Source of the DNA: Eledone cirrhosa
Taxonomy: Eukaryota
DNA length: 64,000 nt
Direction of reading: 5' to 3'
Assembly (NCBI GenBank): GCA_964016885.1
Contig: OZ024740.1
Coordinates: 336,350,001 to 336,414,000 of the forward strand
The notes under the pieces: model-generated
Told to the model about the DNA's origin: nothing
The model's input: only the letters and a program-made list of their open reading frames with translations
The model's database searches: none
Translations under genes and position numbers: made by a program
In this document: piece after piece, positions 41,022-55,504 of the stretch
Layout: each line of letters opens with the position of its first letter
Position numbering within the stretch: the stretch's first letter is position 1

Positions 41022-43507
41022 GTGAGCGTGTGTTCTGTATACAGATGATCGACGTTTGTATGTCTGATCAATATACACTCGTCGAATTAAAAAGTGAATT
41101 AGTCTCTGAATGCATTTAGGAAACGTGACCAATTCTAAAGAAACTATGTTGGTTTTAAAAATAGGCAAGATGTTAAGATTGTATATTCTTGTGAGGCAGA
41201 GAAGTCAATGATTCCAATCAAAGCAGTAAATAGAAAATCTTTAAATTAATCCATCTTTTGTTTCATTGTTTGCTTATGCATTAGTTTTATTTAATTCTAT
41301 CATCCCCTCGGGGTGGGGGCAGTGATAGAAGCATGCCTCCTTTGTTCCATTACTGTAGAACAAGCTCCGGGATATGTATGGTAATGATTAAATCAGAAAC
41401 ATGACTGCACCAAATTGATTTGATTAAACAAAGACAAAAGAGATGTCATAATACACTGGCTAAGTACATATCTATTGTCTATCTTATATATTATTATTGT
41501 TTGTATAACAGTATAGTCTCATAGGTTGTGTCATAGTTTCTATTTCATTAAAATGGTGCATTGGCAAAATTGTTATAGCGTCAAAACAAAAGACATTGAA
41601 GTATTTAGTTACAAACATTTACATTCTGAGTTCAAATCCTCCTAAGATCAAATTTGCTTTTCATCTTTTCGAGTTCGATATCATAAGTACGAATCGAATA
41701 CTGGATTTGATATAATCAACTGTTCCCTTCCATCCAAAGAAATCAACAAGCCTTAACACTCACTCATTGCTGGAGATATCACTGATCACTGAAAAGTCAA
41801 GCGATTGATTTTATCCCGACTAGTGTGTGAAAAAGATAGTAGTAGTAGCAGTAGTAGTAGTAGTAGTGGTAGACTACATTACCTTTCTTTTATTTGTTTT
41901 GTAATAAGGCGGCTTAATCTCCTAATACTTTTCACCAAATTTGGTTATATAGTGCTGGAAAACTCAAAAGAACATTAATATTAAAATCGTTGCTGGAGAG
42001 GTTTAAAATAAGAAATAAGATGGCTTGCTAATACATGATACTACAGAGTTTTCTGGAAACATTTTTCGCGAGACCCAGCTGAAAATGTTGATATGAAGGA
42101 AATGAAATGTGAGAAAATCTGTCCTTGTCATAGATAAGTCTATACAATTAAGAAATTGATTGGAGCTGTGCAAAACCCGAGTGCAATACAGGCTCATAAA
42201 AATTAACCGTGTTAGGGTTGCCAGTAAAACAGGATACCATAGGTTAATAGCTAGATATATGATGTCATAAGCTATGACTACATTGTGTGTGATTTGAGGG
42301 GTATGCTATTTCTACCATATCAAGCGACCACACAGAGGCTCCCTCAAATGGAATCTAGTGAATCTGATATTGTTCAATAATGTTTCAATTCTTCAAGAGT
42401 TTCTGTTAATGGTTGACATGAGTATTTAACGGAAGTGTCATCCACTTGATGTTGTAGTTGTTGCTGTTTAACCTAGAAACAGCTCTGATCCAGCGGACTT
42501 ATAAGCAAACGGGGCCTAACAATGTTCCCGAGATTGTATATCAAGTACAATATTATTCGATGTGTAGCTGTAATTTAAAGATTCGATATTGTCACATATT
42601 GTGTCGCACTGATTCGGCTTGAGTATTACGTTAGTCGTACATGTCTCTGTAGAATGCTCAGTCACTTACACATGAATTAATGGGTTGAATGTTTATTGGA
42701 TCAAACAACTGAACGCTCATCGTTGAAACTGACGGGGATATTCTATCTAATGTGTTGTTTTTTTTTCAATATTGTATTGCCTGCGAGGGGGTTCGCTATA
42801 TCGAGTGGATAAGAAGTGACCACATTGAGGCTACTTTAGAAACTCTGCGTGCGTCCAATACGTACATCCTTGAGCTACATCCACCATGGATAGGGTGAAG
42901 TTTGGAGAGAAATCTTGACCTATCGATATACGCTGTCACAGAAAACCTTCAAACCAGTCATTTAGTCCTACCTATCACGCCTTTTTAGAACTATTTAGAA
43001 CATTACAGTATGAGTTGAGGGACTTTCGCTACTATTTCGGACTATAAAAATATATTAGAATAAAATTCTTTCATTGGCTTGTTTTCAGATGGATAAGTCT
43101 CTTTGTAGTATTAGCTATGCACGGGGATTATTCTAGAAGAAGTGGTTAAAGTATCTGTCGATGTTACGAGCAATAAGATTGCATTCATTGAAGTTTTTCA
43201 CTATATATAGTTGCTCAAGTTGTGGAGATCATAAATATATCGAACTATAACATAAACAAAGATGTAAAGTATTAAAAAATAAAACAATAAATATGGTATG
43301 TAACATTGCAAAATAGACTTAAGCAAAAAGAAGAGATGGGTCTCAGATAACTACCACAAATATCTGATGAGATTGAGTAGACACGGTAGCCATTTTATAA
43401 AATACTACATTTATCTTTACGCTTGTGCATATATGTGTGTGTCTGTGTGTGTGCCTGTGTGTGTGTATGTATATGTATATATATATATATATATATATGT
43501 GTGTATG

Positions 43508-43545
<38 letters not shown>

Positions 43546-44464
43546 TGTATGCATGTACATATATGCATATGTGTGTGTATTTGTGTGCATATCTGTTTGT
43601 ATACGTGTATGCATGTGTGTGTGTGTACATGTGTGCCCGCTCGTATATGGACATACATTAACATGCTTACATATACATGTGTGTGTGTGTGTATTTTCAA
43701 ATATCTTGGATCATTAATAAAATGATATATCTGTATTTATATATAAACAGAAATTATAGCAACGAACCACTATTATAAATCAAACAAAGTAAAACGAAAC
43801 CACATTCATACATCTCCAAACCCCGACCAATTCCAACAGTACCATGTTCCAGTCCTAGCTCCGTCTATAAATTTATTGGCAATAAATTCAGACATTGCCT
43901 TCCTATGCATTGCGTCACTGCTTTCAATCAACTGCCGTTGCTATCGGAGACCATTCTTTTAAGCGAACCATTAATACTATTGAAGTCAGTCACAAAACAA
44001 TGTAGAGATATCTATATTGCTTTCCTTCGAAAAACTGCGCTCCTAATTCTTCGCCAATTCAAACAATTGGTGTTCATGGGATACTGCTAAAGAATACTAG
44101 TCCTCTGACTCTAGACTTCTGCTGGTCAATAACTAGAAATACATAGACATTTTATAACTAGAATAAAGACGAAGAATTAATGAGTGGACACGTGATATTG
44201 AAATTGGAAGCCTTTGATTGGTTTGTACTTTTTTTTATTGCAGCTGGACATTCTTAAAGTTAGTTATACATACATACATGCATACATACACTCATACATG
44301 CATACATACATACACACATACACACACATACATACACACATACACACATACATACATACATACATACACACATACAAGCACACATACATACATACATACA
44401 TACATACATACATACATACATACATACATACATACATACATACATACATACATACATACATACA

Positions 44465-45855
44465 TCCGAGCAGTTGATGTTGGAACTCGAAAAATACTAG
44501 ACAACACCGGAAACTTCCACATCAACAGTGACATAGACCGCCTTTACTTGAAACGTAAGCAGAGAGGCAGAGGCCTAACATCAGTCCAGACAGCATTTGA
44601 ATGTCGCATCATATCTCTCCGACAACATCTACGAACCTCGAAGTGTAGGAGCCCGTTTCTCGAGCAAGTCTATCTGCATGAAACAGATAAGATCAAGAGA
44701 GTTGGCAAGGAACTCCTCGAGAGATATTCCCTGTGTGATAATCAAAAACTCACACCCAGGGATGTCGCTCAGCAGTATTGCAGAGAATCCATGGATGAAA
44801 AACTGCATACTTATCAGCAAAAAATCATGCATAGATATGATGCCAGGAAGCTCCAGAGTGAGAGTAATATAGATAAGGAAAGTAGTCTATCTTGGACCAA
44901 CAACCGCTATATTGGCTCCCACTTTGAAGGATACGCTTTTGCAATCCAGGAACAGGAGATTAGCACGAAATACCTGATTCACAAACGAGATAGGGATGCA
45001 GGCAAAACACCTAGATGTGATAACAAGTGCAGACTCTGCAGAATTAACATCGAGGATATCGCCCATGTCATCAGCAGCTGTCCAAAGATGTCATCACGGT
45101 ACTATCTACCTATGAGGCATGATGTAGTGGCCAAAACACTGTACAATGCAGTTCGTAAAAAAGATAGCTCCGATAATAAACACATTAAAAGCTACAGCAA
45201 TGTGGAAGACATCCATGTACATAATATGAAAGAGTACTGGTGGAATGTTCCAGTAAAAACCCCAATAAAATGCAGGCATAACAGACCAGATATTATGATA
45301 TGGGACAGGGAGAAGAAAGCATGCACAGTAGTGGAAATTAGCTGTCCAGCAGATGCCAATATAATATCAAAGATTAGTGAAAAGGAGAATATTTATGCAA
45401 AACTGATGAGAAATCTGCAGATACTCGACCCTGATTACACCTTCAGATTTATGCCTGTGATTATTGGGGCACTGGGGTATGTTAGTAACTGCCTCAATAC
45501 AAATCTTGAGAAGCTGGGCTTCACAGGAACAGAAAGAACACAACTAGTTGGGAAATTACAAGTACAATCCATTAATGGAACAGTAAAAATATGTAAAACA
45601 TTCCAAAAATTTTGCATCTAATAACTGCATATACACATGTACAGATACAAAGCATATACACATGCACACATACAACTCAAAATATACACATCCACACATA
45701 CAATAACATCCATATCTACACATGCATACATACATACATATCTACCTAGTTGATGTTGTGTAAATTCCAATGAGAGAGTCTTGTGTCTATGTTAGAAACC
45801 GACTCTCTCTCTATTGGTAAAATTTTGTGAAATTATAAAACCAGAAGAACATACA
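44465..45855 (+). mobile_element. 5'-truncated R4/Dong-clade LINE (RT thumb, CCHC, restriction-like endonuclease) in (TACA)n
   Basis: Open frame to the stop at 45621: DRLYLKRKQRGRGL, CRLC...HVISSC, RHD, RPDIMIWD...VVEISCP. (TACA)n on both sides. Confidence 0.92.
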
Positions 45856-45864
45856 TACATACAT

Positions 45865-46470
45865 GATGGCTGCTCCATCGGTATCGAGTATGGCATTGCA
45901 CGATATACCATTATTAATTATGCTTTGAAGCATAGAGTTACCTCCCTGTATGATCTGAGTTCAAATCCCGCCGAGGTTAACTTTGCCTTTCATCCTTCCG
46001 GGGTCGATAAAATAAGGTACCAGTAATGCACTGGGTAATTTCTGGCCTTGTGCCAAAAGTAGAAACAATTATTAATTATTAATTAATTCTATCGTGCAAT
46101 GCCTGTGCGTGAAGATATTTTTTAAAGTGAGGAAAGACTGTGCACTGAGCCAATCCCACTCTCTGAGCGACAGTAGCTATAACCCGAAAAGAAGAAAAGA
46201 TCAACATCATCGGTAACTACTGAGCCGCAGGTTTTATATCGGAGTTATCCCAGTTTCCTGAGTTGCCTTCTCCTAGAAGTATGCCCTGAGAAAGGCTAGG
46301 GTCCTTCACTCCCAGTTGTTTAACCGCGCGATCGGGTGTCCAGCCCGTCTATTTCTATGTCCCCGCGCATATACATACACATGCACCCATATACATACAT
46401 ATGTACATGTGTATATACATATTTACACACTTTTGGATGGCCGTTGACCCTTATGAGTTCTTCCGCCCTT
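45865..46470 (-). mobile_element. Bipartite RTE derivative interrupted by a family A SINE (45922-46067)
   Basis: Matches 18360-18813. The SINE is flanked by an approximately 12-bp duplication attattaattat. Confidence 0.8.
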
Positions 46471-46699
46471 TACATACATACACACATACATACGCACACA
46501 CATATATACATACATTCATACATACACACATACATACATACATGCATACACACATACACACATACATACATACATACACACATACATACATACATGCATG
46601 CATACACATACATACATACATACATACATACATACATACATACATACATACATACATACATACATACATACATACATACATACATACATACATACATAC

Positions 46700-47066
46700 A
46701 TGGTGGCTGCCAACTCCTTTTCGAGTACGGCCACTACTTTACATCCATGTAGGAGAAACCCTACCGATGCGCTGAACGAGTGTGACTTTTTAATCCAGCC
46801 AGCGACTTGAAAACTCTGGTACAAACACTACACTTGTGACAATTATTGACACATAGTGCTGGGCCCATGGTACCATGTGACGATAAGTGCAGAGAGATCT
46901 CCAGATACAAAGCAATGCCTGTGCCGTGAAGCTTTTATAGTGAGCAAAGGCACTGCACAGAGCCAGTCCCACTCTCTTAACCAAGATGATATTTACCAAA
47001 AAGAAGAAGTCAACATCATTGGATACCATCAGGGTTGCAGGTGTTATATCAGAGTTTTCCTTTTCC
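46700..47066 (-). mobile_element. Second bipartite RTE derivative retaining a terminal C2H2 finger
   Basis: RTE 5'-UTR motif taggaaaaggaaaactctgatataacacc joined to HKCSVCTRVFKSLAGLKSHTRSAHR*, a 3' UTR and an (ATGT)n tail. Confidence 0.75.
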
Positions 47067-47569
47067 TACATACATACATACACACATACATACATACATA
47101 CATACATACATACATACATACATACGCACATACACACATACGCACACACATATATACATACATTCATACATACACACATACATGCATGCATACACACATA
47201 CACACATACATACACACATACATACATGCATGCATACAGACACGCATACACACACACATTCATACATACATATACACATACATATATACATACATACATA
47301 CGCACATACATATATACATACATTTATACATACATATATACATACATACACATACACACACAGACACAAACACACACACACGCACATACATACATACATA
47401 CATACATACATACATACATACATACATACATACATACATACATACATACATACATACATACATACATGATGGCTGCCCCCTCGTTATCGAGTATGGCCAT
47501 TGCACGAGGAGAAAGAAAAAAATAATAATAATAATAAATAAATTTAAAAAAAAGAAAAAAGAAATATAT

Positions 47570-48272
47570 ATGAGAGACGTAAAGTAAAAAAATTATAAAA
47601 TTGACTTACTTACTAAAATTTCACTCCCAACTAATTAGTTTCTGAAATGGAATAAATATACTTTCCGAAGAAAATATAGAGAATCATTTCGTCGTCAGGG
47701 AAGTCTATTCTCAGCTAAGTATCCAGGCAAAGCGTGGACTCTGGAAACTTATACAAAAATAATTCAGTGGATAGAAAATAGCAAAGCGTGGACTGAATTC
47801 CTAGCCATTGAAAAAATCACTGCCTACTGCGTCGGTGGCAAATTCAAAAAGAATCAATCACGTGACATCGAGGTCAATCAGTGGAAAGTGGTTTGTTAAG
47901 AAGACAGCGGCCTGCCTGCTACCATAGCAGCAGTCTTGGTCAATATTGCTCGACAAATAATTTGGAGATAATTATAAAGAATTAATATATCTAGTAACAT
48001 ATATATACATACAGATGCATATCAATGCTAGCAAATATATAGGTTTTGTCTTAGTAACTTTGTGGTTCATTTCATTCCATTTCAGAAACTAATTAGTTGG
48101 GAGTGAAATTTTAGTAAGTAAGTTAATTTTATAATTTTCTTATTTTACGTCTCTCATATTATTGTTCTGCAACCCCATGCATTGAACCACAAAGTTATTA
48201 AGACAAAACCTATATATTTGCTAGCATTGATATGCATCTGTATGTATATATATGTTACTAGATATATTAATT

Positions 48273-48275
<3 letters not shown>
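47570..48275 (-). mobile_element. HHR-bearing non-coding element with an inverted partial copy
   Basis: 47572-47655 inverts 48070-48155, and 47985-48068 inverts 48183-48272. Confidence 0.78.
47623..47704 (-). ncRNA. Type I hammerhead ribozyme
   Basis: acttcc-CTGACGA-c gaaatg...catttc a-GAAA-ctaattag-TT-gggagt. 6-bp stem I; UUCG-capped hairpin inside stem II. Confidence 0.75.
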
Positions 48276-48360
<85 letters not shown>

Positions 48361-48479
48361 TAATAACAATAATAATAATAATAATAACAACAACAATAAT
48401 GATATACATATACATATATATATACACACACACGCACACACATAAGCATATCTACACACACACAGACACACGATAGCAA

Positions 48480-51400
48480 CTAACAGCGCTGCGATCGAAT
48501 GTGGCTTTTTAGCCCAGCCAATGATCTAAAATGTCTTGCACAGAGTCGGCAACCAAAAAATTTACTGGGAATAGTCGACTGTGGTTGGAGTTCGTGTACT
48601 TTTGCATGTGGCTTGAGCCCTCCTGCCGATTTACATTCTCTACCACATGTTTGGCAAGCATGATGAGTAGCATCTCCAACAGCAGCCTAGTAGTCAACCA
48701 CTGGTCTTACTTTATGACTGCGAAGATGACTTTCGAGTCCAGCTTTGCTTAGGAAGAGTCTCGCACATACGCTGCATGTCAGCACCATAGGAGGACCCTC
48801 GCCGTCTGGAAGTGCAACAGCAATGCCCTTCCTCACATCCCGCTTTACTTTCTCGTATGCGATTCGAGATGCCTCAAAGGCAACTTTTCCCTCATATACA
48901 GTCTTTCTCCATTTATTACGATCAGCAGCAATATTCTCCCATGTATCAGCAGAGATGTTAGCGTCTTTCAGAGAGGCTTTCAAGGAATCCTTATACCTCT
49001 TTTTTGGTTTATGTGGCGGTCGCTTTCCTTTAACCAACTCTCCATAAAAGAGTTGTTTTGGTATTCTAGAATCCTTCATCCTGGCAACGGAGTCGTTGCT
49101 TAAGCACAAGAGCTTCTATACTGTCACACATAGAGCTTTCCAAAATCTCGACATCACTGATGTGGTCCCTCCAGTGAACGCCATGGATCCGTCTGAGACT
49201 CATCTGATGGAAACGCTCCAATTGCTTAAGGTGGTGTCGATATGTGACCCAGGTCTCGCAGGCATAAAGAAGACAAGAGAGCACATGTGCCCTGTACACC
49301 TTTACCTTTGTCCTCCTGCATATGTCTCGCCGACCCCAGAGTCGCCTTTCTAGCTTACCGAAAGCATCACTTGCTTTCCTAATCCTAAGTGAGATTTCAC
49401 TGTCAAGGTTGCTGTATCGATTGACAGTGCTTCCCAGGTAGACAAACTGATCAACCACTCCAAGTCGTTTGCCATACACATAGATGTTTGGTTCAGTGTA
49501 CTGCTTACCAGGGGCAGGTTGGTACATGACGACGGTTTTCTTGAGACTGACAGTCAGACCTAGGGCAGTGCAAGCGTCAGAAAATGCACTCAAAATGTGC
49601 TGCATATCACTCTCTGTGTGCGCTACAAGATCGCAATCATCTGCATACAAGAGGTCTCTTATGATTGATGTAAATACTTTTGTCTTCGCAGCAAAGCGCC
49701 TGATGTTAAATATGCTGCCTGAGGTTCGATATCGGATGTAAACACCATGCTCGCAATTCCTGAATGCAATACAGAAAACCATTGCAAAGTATATGGCAAA
49801 CAGGGTCGGTGCTGGAATATCCCCCTGTTTCACTCCATTTTTTACTGAGATAGGCTCCGACATGTTACCCCCGACATTAACCCAAGCCTTCATGTCGTCA
49901 TGGAAAGACCTAACTAAATCAAGGAGCTTATCAGGGCAACCAAGTTTCTGGAGAACCTTCCATAATGCATATCTGTTAAGAGTATCGAAAGCTTTTGTCA
50001 GATCGACAAAAACCTGATACAGATCCAAGCCTTGTTCCATGCACTTCTCCTGGAGCTGTCTAGCTGAGAAGATCATATCAGTAGTGCCGCGTCCAGCACG
50101 AAAACCAGATTGACTTTCAGGAAGAACACAATCTGCAATGTGTGTCAGCAGACGGTCCAGAAGCACCCTACATAAAACTTTCCCTACGACAGAAAGCAAT
50201 GATATACCTCTGTAGTTCCCACAATCGTTCCTGTTACCCTTTCCCTTGTACAAGACCACCATTACTGCATCTTTCCAGTCCTCAGGTACGGATTCATTAG
50301 CCCATATCCTGCCAAACAAAGAGTGAAGATGTTGCAGGAGTCTCTCACCACCATAATGTAGGAGCTCAGCATGTATGCCATCCATACCTGGAGATCTTCC
50401 ACTGTTCAGCTTCGAAATAGCCACTGCAACCTCCACAAGCGTCGGAGGTTCTGCGAGAGCTACTTTCACAGGACTTTCTGGAATGAGATTGAGGAAATCT
50501 TCACTGACGACAGACGGCTGATTCAAAAGATCATCAAAGTGTTCTCGCCACCTTCGTAGAATTCCTTGTGAGTCACGAAGAAGTTCTTTGCCATCCTTGC
50601 TGCGAAGCGGTGTCACCAGAGAAGAAGACGGTCCATAAACCTCACGCAAGAGACTGTACAACAGCTTTGTGTTATTGTAATCAGACGCAGTTTGTATCTC
50701 ACCAGCCTTCTCACTCCACCACTGATCCTTCATCTGAGAAAGACTCCGCCTAACACGTGATTTTACATCCCTGAGTTCCTCATGCAACGTATTCCTCTCC
50801 TGTGGTTTTGCCGTCAAGTAACGTGACAGAGCACGCCTCTTATCAGCCAACAAGTCTTCTATATGTACATCATTCTCATTCAACCAGTCTTGATGTTTCC
50901 TCTGCGCCAATCCCAGAACACGCCTGCCTACATCATAAACCGACTTTTTAAGGGTCGGTCAATCCTCACCAAGATCTGCAGCCTGCATCTCTTCTTCCAA
51001 TGTCCTCTTCACATGTTTATCCTTAAGACGAGCAGCATTCAATCTTTTGGGCAGGGCAACACCAGGAGCCCGGATTTTACGTTTAGTGATTAGTTTCACT
51101 TTTGCGCGTACCAGGCGGTGGTCCGTCCAGCACTCAGCTCCACGAAGAACACGAACACACTGCACATCCTGTCTGTCACGCATCCTGACTAGGACGTAGT
51201 CCAAAAGATGTCATTCCTTAGATGCAGGATGCATCCATGTGGTCTTGAATTTGTTCTTTTGTTGGAACATGGTGTTGGTAACACACAGATCCAGATCCTC
51301 ACACATCTGCAGCAGGAGCATACCATTGCTGTTACACTTTCCCACCCCATGCCTTCCGATTACATTCCATGTGTTAAAATCCCTACCCACTCTAGCATTA

Positions 51401-52015
51401 AAGTCACCAAGCACGATGACTTTGTCTGCCTGAGGGATATTTCTTAAAACACCTTTCAAGGCATGGTAAAAGGACACCTTTTCCTCATCGACAGAACTCA
51501 TAGTTGGAGCATACACACTCACCAGGCTAGCATATCTTCCCTTGTCCAGCGGAACTCTCATGGACATAAGACGCTCACTAATCCCTACTGGGAATTCTTC
51601 TAATTTGTTCACAAGTACAGTCTTAACAGCAAATCCTACCCCAGCCTCTCTTCTGGTTCCTTCATCTCTTCCTTTCCAGAAGAATGTATATTCTCCACAA
51701 AATTCCGTAAGATGACCATCTCCAGCTAACCTCGTCTCAGATAAAGCCACGATGTCAAGATCGTAACGCCAAAGCTCCTTTGCAACAAGAGCGGTCCTTC
51801 GTTCAGGACGCTCCAAGGAATCCCTGTCAAGCAGCGTCCGTACGTTCCAGCAGCCAAGACTAAATGCCTTGTTTGGCTCTATTACAATGGCACGATGACG
51901 AGCGGGCCCAGGCTGTGATAACCTGGGGCCCCTGCCCTTATTGCCAATGATCTTTTTTGTTCCAGAACCTAAATTGCCAATTATCTCTTTTATATTGTTC
52001 TGGAACATCATTGAA
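48480..52015 (-). pseudogene. Near full-length RTE-clade LINE ORF (APE, RT, three C2H2 fingers), inactivated
   Basis: WNVRTL, SETR, YAPT, GDFNARVG, TDH; NYRGISLLS, DLTKAFD, GVKQGD, YADD. Stops at 51211 and 48687; deletions near 50950 and 49080. Confidence 0.95.
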
Positions 52016-52044
52016 TTGGAAAAAAAAAAAAAAAAGTAATAATA

Positions 52045-52101
<57 letters not shown>

Positions 52102-52127
52102 GTACACTATTAATAATTATTAATGCA

Positions 52128-52408
52128 CTCGTGCAATGCCTGTGCGTGACGAATATTTTTAAAGTGAGGAAAGACTGTGCACTGAGCCAATCCCACTCTC
52201 TGAGCGACAGTAGCTATAACCCGAAAAGAAGAAAAGATCAACATCATCGGTAACTACTGAGCCGCAGGTTTTATGTCGGAGTTAACCCAGTTTCCTGAGA
52301 TGCCTTCTCCTGGAAGAATGCCCTGACAAGGGCTAGGGGTTCTTCACTCCCAGTGGTTTAACTGCGCGATCGGGCATCCAGCCCGATTATTTCTATGTCC
52401 CCGCGCGC
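52128..52408 (-). mobile_element. RTE 5'-UTR segment (same family as 18470-18745)
   Basis: Near-identical to 46093-46368; contains the ccaggagaaggc...aactccgacataaaacc motif. Confidence 0.8.
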
Positions 52409-53932
52409 AAAAAAAAAAAAAAAATCACTTATTGACACTTATACGTACGACATACACACACGCGCATACATATGCGCGCACACAGCAACACTCATACATA
52501 CAAACAAACACACACACGCTACTCTACTCACTTACACACACACACATATATATATATATATTACCGTCATTACTGATACAAGATTACAAGATTATGTCAA
52601 CTGTTGACTTTCAAGAGTTTGTATAGTTGAAGCCGATCGTACTACAGTCCAGTATTATTATAATTGCTTTACAGCATAGAGTTATGGCTCTCCACGCTCT
52701 GAGCTTAAATCCCGCCGAGGTCAACCTTGCCTTTCATCCCCACGGAGTCAACAAAAGAGAGTACCAGTGATGCGCTGGGCCAGTCGCTGGATCCGTGCCA
52801 AAAGCAGAAAAATTATTATTAAAGTTGTTTTCTTAAGGCCCGGTCGCTGGTGATGGTGATGGCGGCGGCGGTAGTGGTGGTGGTGGCAGTTGATGTTGTT
52901 GTTGTGTTGTGTGCGTGTGTGTGTTTTGTTATTTTGAGTTTTTTTTTGTTTTGTTTTTTTAAAATCTTTTGATGCCGCTGTTGTTGTTGTTGTAAATGTT
53001 CATTTCAGTTCATTCTGAAGCTGTTGTTGCTGTAAACATTAGTGCCGGTGTTGTTGTAAATGTTGGGGTTGAAATCTGGTCGTTTGACTGAGTGATGTAT
53101 ATACACACATATACATACATATATATATATATACACATTCAACAGAGAGTTTGACAGGTCGATGACTTTAGTCTAGATAGGGTAATGACATGTGATGGTG
53201 GGGAGAGAGTGTAGAAGTTATTGTGGTGGCGGGGGACAGTGCGATGTATCTAGTTCATTTGACCGTTTTCTTCTCTTTGCAAAATTTGAATTTTAACCAT
53301 GTTATATTGAGATGTAAGTAAATGTAAAATGTAAAATATAAATAAGGATTGCTCTGCTAAAATATACTAAAATATTTGTGTAACTTCCACAAACTTCTGT
53401 CGTGACATTCCCAAGTCCAGTGACCAACAAATTGTTGTATGTTGATGTTTCAGAATACAAAAATTAATTAAAAACTTACCCCACGAAAAGACAGCGTGTG
53501 TTGTCCTATCTATAAGCACCCTCATACATACATACATACATACATACATACATACATACATACATACATACATACATACATACATACATACATACATACA
53601 TACATACCTGCAAACATAGACGCAAACATACATAATTACCTAGTTGATGTCTTCTTTCTCTCCTTCTTCTTCGCCCTCTTATTCCTGGGAGGGTCGTGGG
53701 AGAAGAGTCTTCCAGCACGCCTTCCCGTGGGTCCTGTCAGAAGCAACCGTCTCTAATTGATTTCTTTGGATCTTTTTTCTTTTGTCTTATTCACAAACTG
53801 ATAAATGAATGCAGATATAACACAGAAGGTAGTAGAAAGAGGAAAAGCCAGGGAGAAAGGAGATGGTATTAGAGAGAGAGGGTGGGGGGAAAGAGAACAA
53901 GACCAGGAAAGCGTCGTTTCTTGTTTAGAATC

Positions 53933-54054
<122 letters not shown>

Positions 54055-54308
54055 CTACTGGTGAGGGCTTTATATATATCATAATCTATAAAGCTCAGTT
54101 TATGGTCATGTTTCTTTGTTATAGAAATCTACGATATAGAATTTCTTCAATTGAAATTTACAATTCAGTATTCCAAATAGCTTCGATTGAGTCATGGCAC
54201 ATATATATTTTTTCACTTTCACCCACAATTACGCAAAAAATCGATAAAACTCAATATTTTACGATTTGATTCTCTCATTTCAACTGCTAAATCCTTTCCA
54301 TTACCCTT

Positions 54309-54395
54309 CAAAATCTATACAACTTCATACTTTCTATACAAAATCTATACAACTTCATACTTTCTATACAAAATCTATACAACTTCATACTTTCT
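54309..54395. repeat. 30-bp tandem repeat, about 3 copies
   Basis: caaaatctatacaacttcatactttctata read directly. Confidence 0.9.
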
Positions 54396-54990
54396 GCTAC
54401 TTTCTCTTTCCAAGCTGAAACAACTATTCTTTTCATTTTACATTGTTCATGTTGATGGTGATACTGTCCGTTTTACTCTCTCACTCATACACTTTACAGA
54501 CTAAACAACAAAAACATTAGCCACATTAACGTACAATTTCGTTTATTCTAAATGTGAGTCTTCAAACTGATTTATTTATTTGCAAACACATACAAACACA
54601 CACTCACATCAAATGAATAATTAAACTTTAAATCAATTTAACCACGTGCCGGATTTCTAACCACACATACACACTTCATTAACAACTAAAAATTCTAATT
54701 TGCGACAATTATTTTCTTTCAATCGTAAAATCAAACGACATAATTATTTTCATTTTCGGTTGTTAATCTTCATGGGGATAATACTACCCTTCCATTTCAC
54801 ATCATGTGAGTTAACAAATAATTTTTTAAAACACTATTCGCAGACTTCCTTAAACAATAAGATCAATTGCGTAGCCGGTATTCATTATGTAGCCGGTAAA
54901 GCTATGTAGCAGGTAAAAGGCTATGTAGTCAGTACGATGTTATATAGCATGAAAAGTTTATATAACCGGTAAATGTTATGTCGCCGTTAG

Positions 54991-55027
<37 letters not shown>

Positions 55028-55469
55028 TACCGCCAATACACACGTGTGTGTGTGCGTGTTTCAATGTAGTTTTCGTTAACAATGACGAGAATACAATCGC
55101 GCCAGAAACAATTCAATTTCTCATTCTTAACTGCTAGGGACGTTCACAGGTTCATTAAGTACTTTCAGTAAGGAATAAAAAAAATTAGGGATTGAACCCA
55201 AAACCACGACATAAACAGGCACCAACAAACGTTTTCTTTGTCCTGTCAAAAAGTGATTGATCCGATCCCTTTCACCTACGACCTCAGTTAGGTCAGGCGA
55301 AAGTCAAATAGACAGGGGATCACCTATGTAGGTACAAACCCTTCTGCGGTATGTCTATTTTTCTAGCTGCAACCAGATTATATATACCGTAGTTAACAGA
55401 GACCAGGACACACCAGGCCTGCAAACCAAACGAGATGGAATATTCATTATAATACATCAGTTCCCTAGC

Positions 55470-55497
55470 CCCGAGCAACGCCGGGCACTTCTGCTAG
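55470..55497 (+). mobile_element. Helitron-like 3' terminus
   Basis: Hairpin CCCGAGCAACGCCGGG, 8 nt upstream of CTAG|T. The 5' end was not located. Confidence 0.65.
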
Positions 55498-55504
55498 TAT
55501 ATAT

